From Gemmatimonadota bacterium (GTDB lineage: Bacteria; Gemmatimonadota; Gemmatimonadetes; Palauibacterales; Palauibacteraceae), in NCBI GenBank assembly GCA_039586095.1, contig JBDHLB010000002.1:64300-128299 (forward strand): a DNA stretch of 64,000 nt, given 5' to 3'. Below, piece after piece: positions 26,387-33,191 of the stretch. Every line of letters begins with the position of its first letter. The first letter of the stretch is position 1. Made by a program: the position numbers and the translations under genes. The notes under the pieces were generated by a model. It saw only the letters and a list, made by a program, of their open reading frames with translations. It did not search any database and had not been told where the DNA came from.

Positions 26387-29300
26387 CTAAGACTGCGCGT
26401 GTAGGCTGGTATCTCTGCACCAGCGCGACGCACAACGAACGAACCAACCGAGACCTATTGCTCTGAGTTGACGTTTGAGCGTTTGAGTGTTTTCACCGCT
26501 GATTTGATCGGCAACACCCCGACTACCGAAGACGCGTACCAAGCTCTCGTGCAGCCACAGGAGTTTTAGATAGCCAATCAAGTCCCGGGGCTGCTCTTCC
26601 AGAGCCGCATCTTTTAGTTGACGAACGGCGGCTTCGTTGTTGCGCAGGATCTTCTGAACTGCTGCAAGAAACCACTCAGCCTTGAATCTCTCTTGGACAC
26701 CGACTGTGCCAAGCTGCATCAATCCGTCGACGCGTTCCCACAGCGATTCGGCCTCGCTCCAGCGACCCAATTGAAGAGCCACAAGTCCCCGGGTGGAATA
26801 CACTTCGATCGCCGACGACTCTAATGAATTCCGGTCGCACATGGCAACCGCTCTCGTGAGTCGTTCCTCGGCCTCGCGTAAGCGTCCCTGATAGAAGTAT
26901 CCAGTTGCCAGGTTGAGCAAAGGCGTCAGCGCTAGGTGCGTCCCCGCGGAAAGGGAATCGTCGAGTCTCATACACTCGTAGCAGTACGTCTCTACTCGCT
27001 TCCAGTCTCCCCTTTCCAATGCCAAGCAAGCTAAGTTGTTCGAAAAGTGAGCCTGAAACAGCAGATCCTCTGACTGGGCTGCTCTCTCGAGCCCCCTTGA
27101 GAGAACAGTATCAGCAGTACCCCAATCCGCCTGACGAATGTGTATCATCGACCGGGCCAAGAGGATAGACAGGTGTGAGCGAGTGGAGCATTCCGCTGCC
27201 GTTTCGGCGACAGAATCCAGCATCACCTCGGCTGAAGTCAGCGACTGGGCAAACAAATTGTGAATAGCAAGCGTATAGGCAGCTTGAACAATCGACTCCG
27301 GCTCAGCTAACTGCCTCTCGGCACTCCGCAGGATCAAGGTGTTCAGTCTTTGGCTCGTCGTCAGAGCAGTCTCTCGGTCCTCTGTGAGCACGCTCAGTTT
27401 GAGGCGGAGCGACAGAATCCTCAGCAGATGGGTGTTGGTCGCCGAGCCACCGCCGGAGTTTTCAATCCCCGACTCCGCGCGTACGAGGGTGTCTTCGGCT
27501 GCTAACCAGTCACAACACTCAATCTGTCCGCTCGCCAAAAGGATTTGAAGTTCGTAGTGATTATCGAGAACCTGATCCACATCCCTGTCAAGAAGCTCTT
27601 CCAGGACGTTGCACAGTTCTTGGTACTTACCCAGCCGCTCGTATGCTTTGGCCGCGAGCAACAAGGCATCGACTGTCTCGGTTCTCGTATGCGCAGTCGA
27701 TGTCGCTACCCTAGCTAGCTTGGCGGCTCTTTCGTTCTCAAGGCGATCAAGTGCCTTGGCACACGCTCGCATAGCAGTCTCGTATGCGTGACCATAGTTA
27801 CGCGATCGCTCATAGTGTCGCGCAACGACGAGCATGTCGACTCCGGATTGGTGCTGTGCCAAATGTTCTGCTGCGCTGAAATGCAGGGCGGCCCTACGAA
27901 GCTCTCCAATCCGTGCATACACAAACTCGCGCAGAATCGGATGCTGGTACGAACATTTTGCCGCGTCGCCCCTCAGGATTGAACGCTTCTCTAGCTTGCT
28001 GGCGGCGTACATAGACTCGGTTCCGGTGAGACCAGCTACCTGTCCAGCTAAGTACAATTGGGCAGAACCATCTAGCACACTTGAAGCCTCCAGGAGCCTG
28101 ACTTCAGTACCCGAGAGAGATTCAACGCGCGTCGCAAGACTGTTTCGGAGTCTGTCTGTCAAATAGTCGGAAGGCCGCTCAGGCTCCTCACGCCGATTTG
28201 CCACGGCACGATTCATTTCAAGAGCAAAGAATGGGTTGCCTCCGCACAATTGTGCGATGGCCTCGCGGTGATCATTTGCCAATCGACCGTTGGAAGCGGC
28301 ATTCAAAAGATCCCTGACCTCCCCAGGCGCCAATGCACCTACATCAGCAATGTGAGCATTAGCGCAGACAGCGACATCGTCTAGCAGGCGGCGCAGTGCG
28401 GATCCGACATCTCGCGAAGTGTCATAGGCGAGAATGACGATCAGGGGTCGAGATTCCATCCGATCAAGGACGTAGCTAAGCAAAGCCGCCGAATCCAAGT
28501 CAAGCCACTGGATGTCATCAAGGATCAGACAGATCGGGCCATGTACGAAAGTCTGGTTGAGAACGGCCATCATCGCGTCCCTGATCTCCGTTAGGTCTGG
28601 AGATGGAGGTTTGGCCTGACTTGTGTAGTTCTCTGGCTCAGGACCGGGATATGGACTGAGTAGTTTAGATAGGGCTGTAAGGCGAGTTGATGAGGGACTG
28701 GAAGGCACTCCGAAAGCTTCAAGAATTGCTCCGAGCGGTCGGTGCATATCCGTAGCGCGACATCGACCTCTCAGGACCTTGTAACCATTTGAGACGGCGA
28801 GACTCTGCGCCTCTTCGCACAAGCGCGTTTTGCCAATACCGGTTTCGCCACGAAGGAGGAGAACGGTCGAACCTACGTTATGTGCTGCGGCAAGCAAGCG
28901 TCTGAGAATAGAGAGTTCGCGCCGCCTGCCACACAGCGTTGTAGTTGGCACGCCGGTTGAGCCCGACTCGATCGCAACTCGGCTAGCAGACTCTATCCGA
29001 TTCCTCAAAGCAAGCAACTCGCGCGACGGTGGGACCCCCAACTCTCTTCGAATCATAGAGGCTGTATCATCGAATTGCTGAAGCGCTGATCGTGGATCAC
29101 CTCCTAGCCAGAGTGCCTGCATGAGGTGCAAGTGTGCATCTTGGTCCAGGGGATCCAGCGTGACCAGCTTTGCTGCCGAAACGCACATTTCCGCCCAGGC
29201 TCCAGCTTGTTCACACGCCCGCACGTACTTTCGCAACGCGTTGACGGCAAGCAGCTTGTAGTGGGCTCTCTGCTGTTCAAGCCATTCTTCGAATTCTCTC

Positions 29301-29686
29301 GTCCCTGTGTCATCTAAGTCTTCCGCGAACTCTCCACGGTAGAGCGCCACGGCCTCGCTCTGGTTGTCTTCTCGTAGCAGGTCTTCAAAATGGGCAGCTT
29401 CGTAATCGATACCGCTCGCATTGACTGTAAGCCAGCCAGAGCGCGTAGTAATCCTCAGGTCCGACACGCGCTTTCGTATATCGTATAGAGCTTGACTTAG
29501 GGAGTGCCTAGATCGCTCGCGCTTACCGACCCAAAGGAGCTTTGCTAACTGGCGTCGGGACATAGCCCGATCGGAGTTGGCAACCAGATAGAGCAGCAGA
29601 GCGAGGTGCTTCCGCGACCGCAGTCTCGCCTCAATGCCGCCGGACAAAGTGATCTTGGTCTGGCCAAAACAGCGAAGTGTCAACAT
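26387..29686 (-). CDS. SARP/AfsR-like regulator: OmpR-type wHTH, BTAD, STAND/AAA ATPase and TPR-like repeats (1099 aa)
   Basis: The N-terminus 'MLTLRCFGQTKITLSGG...RKHLALLLYLV...LAKLLW' is a SARP winged helix. 'ALYRGEFAEDL...EWLEQQR' is the BTAD. Walker A 'GETGIGKT' and Walker B 'ICLILDDIQWLD'. The long helical-repeat C-terminus follows. It is convergent with HD-GYP across an 8-nt gap. Confidence 0.85.
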   Translation of the reverse strand: MLTLRCFGQTKITLSGGIEARLRSRKHLALLLYLVANSDRAMSRRQLAKLLWVGKRERSRHSLSQALYDIRKRVSDLRITTRSGWLTVNASGIDYEAAHFEDLLREDNQSEAVALYRGEFAEDLDDTGTREFEEWLEQQRAHYKLLAVNALRKYVRACEQAGAWAEMCVSAAKLVTLDPLDQDAHLHLMQALWLGGDPRSALQQFDDTASMIRRELGVPPSRELLALRNRIESASRVAIESGSTGVPTTTLCGRRRELSILRRLLAAAHNVGSTVLLLRGETGIGKTRLCEEAQSLAVSNGYKVLRGRCRATDMHRPLGAILEAFGVPSSPSSTRLTALSKLLSPYPGPEPENYTSQAKPPSPDLTEIRDAMMAVLNQTFVHGPICLILDDIQWLDLDSAALLSYVLDRMESRPLIVILAYDTSRDVGSALRRLLDDVAVCANAHIADVGALAPGEVRDLLNAASNGRLANDHREAIAQLCGGNPFFALEMNRAVANRREEPERPSDYLTDRLRNSLATRVESLSGTEVRLLEASSVLDGSAQLYLAGQVAGLTGTESMYAASKLEKRSILRGDAAKCSYQHPILREFVYARIGELRRAALHFSAAEHLAQHQSGVDMLVVARHYERSRNYGHAYETAMRACAKALDRLENERAAKLARVATSTAHTRTETVDALLLAAKAYERLGKYQELCNVLEELLDRDVDQVLDNHYELQILLASGQIECCDWLAAEDTLVRAESGIENSGGGSATNTHLLRILSLRLKLSVLTEDRETALTTSQRLNTLILRSAERQLAEPESIVQAAYTLAIHNLFAQSLTSAEVMLDSVAETAAECSTRSHLSILLARSMIHIRQADWGTADTVLSRGLERAAQSEDLLFQAHFSNNLACLALERGDWKRVETYCYECMRLDDSLSAGTHLALTPLLNLATGYFYQGRLREAEERLTRAVAMCDRNSLESSAIEVYSTRGLVALQLGRWSEAESLWERVDGLMQLGTVGVQERFKAEWFLAAVQKILRNNEAAVRQLKDAALEEQPRDLIGYLKLLWLHESLVRVFGSRGVADQISGENTQTLKRQLRAIGLGWFVRCASRWCRDTSLHAQS

Positions 29687-29759
29687 GGCGTATCCGCTGG
29701 CTCAGAATGTTTCCCTTTGTATAAGTTGGCGCCTGGTATCAACGTCCCCTCAACGCTAC

Positions 29760-30083
29760 CTACTCCACCTCCTTCTCTAGCCGGCGGGCGCTGATCTGAA
29801 AGTGCGAGGCGTGCCAGGCGGGCTTTCCGTGCTCGAGCAGGATGGCTTGCGGCGACTGATGCGCGATCTCGAGGTGGTCTGCAACGGCGTTCGACAGGTC
29901 GCGATCGGCCACTACGTCGATTAGATAGACCGGAACGTCAGGCACCTGCTCGGCAAACTTCTCGACCTCACGCAATGTGCGGAGCGAGATCCCGCAGCGG
30001 GGACTGTGCTTGTACAACACGGCACGGGGCTGCTCTAAAGCGGCCTTGAGATCTTCGTCGGTGTGCACGGGTTCGATCGGCAC
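29760..30083 (-). CDS. ytxJ: YtxJ-type (DUF2847) monothiol thioredoxin-like protein, bacillithiol-system associated
   Basis: 107 aa. GTG 30083 with AGGAGG 8 nt upstream. 'VLYKHSPRCGIS' matches the YtxJ 'KHS.RC.IS' redox motif. Confidence 0.75.
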   Translation of the reverse strand: MPIEPVHTDEDLKAALEQPRAVLYKHSPRCGISLRTLREVEKFAEQVPDVPVYLIDVVADRDLSNAVADHLEIAHQSPQAILLEHGKPAWHASHFQISARRLEKEVE

Positions 30084-30130
30084 CCGCTCATCCTCCTCGT
30101 GCTCTCATTCACCGCACGTGGCGACTAGCC

Positions 30131-30571
30131 TCACACGTGAGTCGGCGCCACTTCGATCTGCTCGGACAGCTCTGGGGGAAGCGGGGCGGCAGTCCACTCC
30201 TCACAGCCATGCGCGCGCGTCGCGTACACCACCTTCATCTCCCCGCGGGCCACTGTTGTGCGTGCGTCCCCGTCGCATTTGCAGAAAACAACCTCGTAGC
30301 GGATCGCCTTGGAAGTCTTCTCACGTACCGTGAGAGACACCACGAACTGATCCCCGTAGCGGAGCGGCTGAAGGTACTCGCACCCGGCCGACACGCGCGG
30401 CATGCCCAGGACTCCGTCGGCGCTCCTCTCGAAGGCCATCGACCCCAACGACCGATAGAACGCGTGTTCCGCCTCCTCCATGTATCGGAAGAACGCGGAG
30501 AAGTGCGCCACACCCGCCGTGTCGGTGTCGGCGAACTCGACTCGTCGTGAGAAGCTAAACTCGTAGGGCAT
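30131..30571 (-). CDS. Acyl-CoA thioesterase, 4HBT/YbgC hotdog family
   Basis: 'FSRRVEFADTDTAGVAHFSAFFRYMEEAEHAFYRSLG' is the YbgC/4HBT N-terminal catalytic-Asp block. Confidence 0.85.
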   Translation of the reverse strand: MPYEFSFSRRVEFADTDTAGVAHFSAFFRYMEEAEHAFYRSLGSMAFERSADGVLGMPRVSAGCEYLQPLRYGDQFVVSLTVREKTSKAIRYEVVFCKCDGDARTTVARGEMKVVYATRAHGCEEWTAAPLPPELSEQIEVAPTHV

Positions 30572-30673
30572 AGGCGGTTCGTCGTCTTAAGGCTCGTTCC
30601 ACGACCGCCTAACATGTGTAGCGCAAGCGATCCGAAGGCAATGCCTGTAGCTGGCCCGTCTGCCGCTCGATAG

Positions 30674-30760
30674 GTGCACAGACCGAAGGTCTTCGGCGAG
30701 ACCTACAGGCGGTACTGCGAGCGGGTGCCGCGCTACCTGGAACGGCGTAAGCGGGTGTGA
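30674..30760 (+). pseudogene. Possible C-terminal relic of an ICMT/PEMT-type membrane methyltransferase
   Basis: The 28-codon frame 'VHRPKVFGETYRRYCERVPRYLERRKRV*' resembles the family C-terminus '...FG(D/E).Y..Y...VPR..P'. An in-frame stop lies immediately upstream, and no intact N-terminal part exists. Confidence 0.25.
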
Positions 30761-30824
30761 TGGGCCCTGCGATCACCAGGCGTCGGAGCGACCAACCTTC
30801 ATCGTAGGTCGGACCTGTCCGAGT

Positions 30825-31328
30825 TCAGCCCCCATCCGGCACGCCGCCATCCAGCGCGACCCGCCACTCCCCGTCGGCCGTCAGCCGCCAGATCGTCACA
30901 TAGCGGCCCTGGCTCACGGCCGTCGTATCTCCGGTCTTGGGGCGCGCCGTGTAGCGACCTGTCGTGAAGCCCAGGTCTCCGCTTCCCGCGATCTCGCCGT
31001 AGTCGGGCTCCCATGTCAGGTTCGTGACCTCGAGCATCGGGCCCATCAACTCGAGAATCGTCGCTCCCCCACGGACCAACTGACCGGGAACCAGCATTCC
31101 GCCATCCTCCGCGAACCACTCAGCCCAAGCGACGGCCCCGTTGGCGGCCACATCGTCGTTAAAGGCGCGGTCCGCTGCGAACAGGTCTTCCACTGTGGCG
31201 GCCGCCTCGGGCGCTGCACCTTCCGCGGCCGCGGTGGCCAGCGACTCTGTCTCGCCCATGGATCCTGTCTCCCCCGGCACGCCACACGCCGCCAGTAGCC
31301 AGATGCCGATCAAAAGCGTTCTTTTCAT
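30825..31328 (-). CDS. Lipoprotein with SnoaL-like/DUF4440 (NTF2-fold) domain
   Basis: ATG 31328. Signal peptide plus lipobox 'LLAACG'. The C-terminal 'GRYVTIWRLTADGEWRVALD' is typical of DUF4440/NTF2-like proteins. Confidence 0.75.
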   Translation of the reverse strand: MKRTLLIGIWLLAACGVPGETGSMGETESLATAAAEGAAPEAAATVEDLFAADRAFNDDVAANGAVAWAEWFAEDGGMLVPGQLVRGGATILELMGPMLEVTNLTWEPDYGEIAGSGDLGFTTGRYTARPKTGDTTAVSQGRYVTIWRLTADGEWRVALDGGVPDGG

Positions 31329-31355
31329 AGTGTCCCCCCGACACACGAGCTTAGA

Positions 31356-31928
31356 ATGATGAATGACCCGACAGACCCCCAGGTGTTGGATTTCAATGTA
31401 GCGGCCGCGGGTGAGGCACGACGCTCGAGCTGGCCGGACGTCATCGGAATCATCGGCATCATCCTGAGCGTCATTATCTTCGTCGACAAGCTGGACGATC
31501 TGATGACCCTCACGTGGACGGAAGAGCAGTGGAGCAGACTCCTCGGGACTCCGCTCGCTGAAACCATCGTCCGGTCGTTGCCTCCGGTGGGGTGGCGCCT
31601 CGTCTCGAGCGTGGCGCAGATGGCGCTCGCCGTACTCCTCCTCAGCGGATCCCTCGCCCTCCGACGCCGTCGCCGCGCCGGGATTTCCAGGTGCCGAACC
31701 TGGGCGATGCTGGCGATCGCCTGGGTCGCGGTGGAGATCGGGTGGGCGATCTGGTGGCTCTCCCGCTACCCGGAAGGCCTCATTGGAATCCCGGCTGCCA
31801 CGTGGCAGGGATTCGCCGCGTTCGGCATCGCGGTGGCGCTGGTCCTCCTGCTCGCCTTCCCCGTCTTCCTGCTGATCTGGTTCTCCCGAGGCGAAGTGCG
31901 GGCGGAGTACGAGGGCTGGCCCGGCTGA
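31356..31928 (+). CDS. Hypothetical membrane protein (4 TM)
   Basis: 190-aa ORF with four hydrophobic helices. No recognisable motif. Confidence 0.6.
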   Translation: MMNDPTDPQVLDFNVAAAGEARRSSWPDVIGIIGIILSVIIFVDKLDDLMTLTWTEEQWSRLLGTPLAETIVRSLPPVGWRLVSSVAQMALAVLLLSGSLALRRRRRAGISRCRTWAMLAIAWVAVEIGWAIWWLSRYPEGLIGIPAATWQGFAAFGIAVALVLLLAFPVFLLIWFSRGEVRAEYEGWPG

Positions 31929-32027
31929 GGCTGTGGCTGTTGGTCAGTCGGCTGAAGCAGGTGCTGGCGGGCGGCGGGTGACGGACGGCGGGTGTCGCCA
32001 AGACTCCGCGCGTGATGTCCGCGGCGG

Positions 32028-32267
32028 TCAGTAGGAGACGCTTCTCCAGTCCAGCACGCGGACCAGGTTGGAGAAGTCATCGGTCCACGTGGCGTGTAAA
32101 GGCTGCTCGGTGATTGTCTCCCAGCTCGGGTCGGCGAGCAGAGGCCCGAGTGAGGCGGAGTCTCGCGCCAGAATCACCCAATCCGACTCGTATAAAAGAT
32201 CGACATCCTCGATCGAGCCGTCGTCCGCGGAAGGGGAAGCCCCGGACGTGCCACAACAGCCCGGCAT
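32028..32267 (-). CDS. Small hypothetical protein (79 aa), possibly a truncated remnant
   Basis: ORF starting 15 nt after the epimerase stop, with GC3-rich codons. It ends '...HATWTDDFSNLVRVLDW', which looks like a C-terminal tail of a larger enzyme rather than a complete domain. Confidence 0.4.
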   Translation of the reverse strand: MPGCCGTSGASPSADDGSIEDVDLLYESDWVILARDSASLGPLLADPSWETITEQPLHATWTDDFSNLVRVLDWRSVSY

Positions 32268-32282
32268 GCAGGCGCGTGCCGC

Positions 32283-33191
32283 CTAGTGTCGTGACGAGAG
32301 CAGCTCCCGGTACGCTTCGTCGGCGTGATCCGGGAACGACTTCAGCTCGGGCTTCCAGCCCAGCTCCGCCGAGTGGACGGCGATCAGCCGCTGATCCATG
32401 CACAGGGCATCGGCTACGGGGCCCAGCTCCTCGCGCGCGTTCTCGAGCGCCAGGCTTCGCGTCACGCCACCCGCTCCTGCGGCCTCGCTAGCCGCAGCCG
32501 CCGCATCCACGACACGCACCGGATGTCCGTCCACCCCGTGGTAGATGCCGTTGGCCGACTCTTCCACGATCAGACGGTACAAACGAGCCAGGTCGCGACG
32601 ATGCACCATCGACCAGTGGTTCTGGCCCTCTCCTATGTAGGCCGCTGCACCCTCCTCCTCGGCCGAGGTGAAGAGCATGGCGGTAAGCGACCCCGAGCCG
32701 CCGTAGACGAGCCCCGGTCGCACTACGGCGGCGGAAAGTCGGGAGCCGTTCGCCTCCAGCACCCGGTTCTCATGCTTCACGCGCCAGGCCACGAGCTCGG
32801 GCGGATCGTCGGCCGCAGCGTCCTCCGCTGCCGGCTCATCCCCCGTGTTCCCGAGCACCCAGCAGCCGCTCGTGTAGACCAGGCGCCGGGCCACCCCCGT
32901 CTTGCTGGCCTTGAGGAAGGTGGCGATGGCCGTGGCGTCCGTCTCGACCGCATCGTCAGCCGCCGCGTAGTCGAACGCGCAATGAACGAGCGCGTCGTGC
33001 CCGGACGCCTCCTCCTCGTAGCTCGCTGGGTCGGCCAGATCGCCTTCCACCGACTCGGCCCCCAGACGCCGTGCGATCGCGGCCTTCTCCGACGAGCGGA
33101 TGAGCGCCGTGACCTGATGGCCGGCGCTCACCAGCTCCCGTACGACCGCGCCTCCGATGAAGCCGGTTCCACCTGTGATAAAGACGCGCAT
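32283..33191 (-). CDS. NAD-dependent epimerase/dehydratase (atypical SDR) family protein
   Basis: 'MRVFITGGTGFIGGAVVREL' is a Rossmann motif (TGxxGxxG). The ATG overlaps the M16 stop by 1 nt. Confidence 0.85.
   Translation of the reverse strand: MRVFITGGTGFIGGAVVRELVSAGHQVTALIRSSEKAAIARRLGAESVEGDLADPASYEEEASGHDALVHCAFDYAAADDAVETDATAIATFLKASKTGVARRLVYTSGCWVLGNTGDEPAAEDAAADDPPELVAWRVKHENRVLEANGSRLSAAVVRPGLVYGGSGSLTAMLFTSAEEEGAAAYIGEGQNHWSMVHRRDLARLYRLIVEESANGIYHGVDGHPVRVVDAAAAASEAAGAGGVTRSLALENAREELGPVADALCMDQRLIAVHSAELGWKPELKSFPDHADEAYRELLSSRH

Larger units (their letters stand above)
24792..29759. other. Low-GC compositional island (~5 kb) without mobility genes
   Basis: Hand counts of 60-nt lines inside the island give 45%, 47%, 50% and 60% GC. 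Two of the three flanking lines counted give 65% and 72%. The 30001 line, inside ytxJ just right of the island, gives 58%, so the contrast at the right edge is softer than on the left. Codons ending in A/T are abundant inside. The boundaries coincide with the stop of the 241-aa gene and the stop of ytxJ. Confidence 0.8.
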
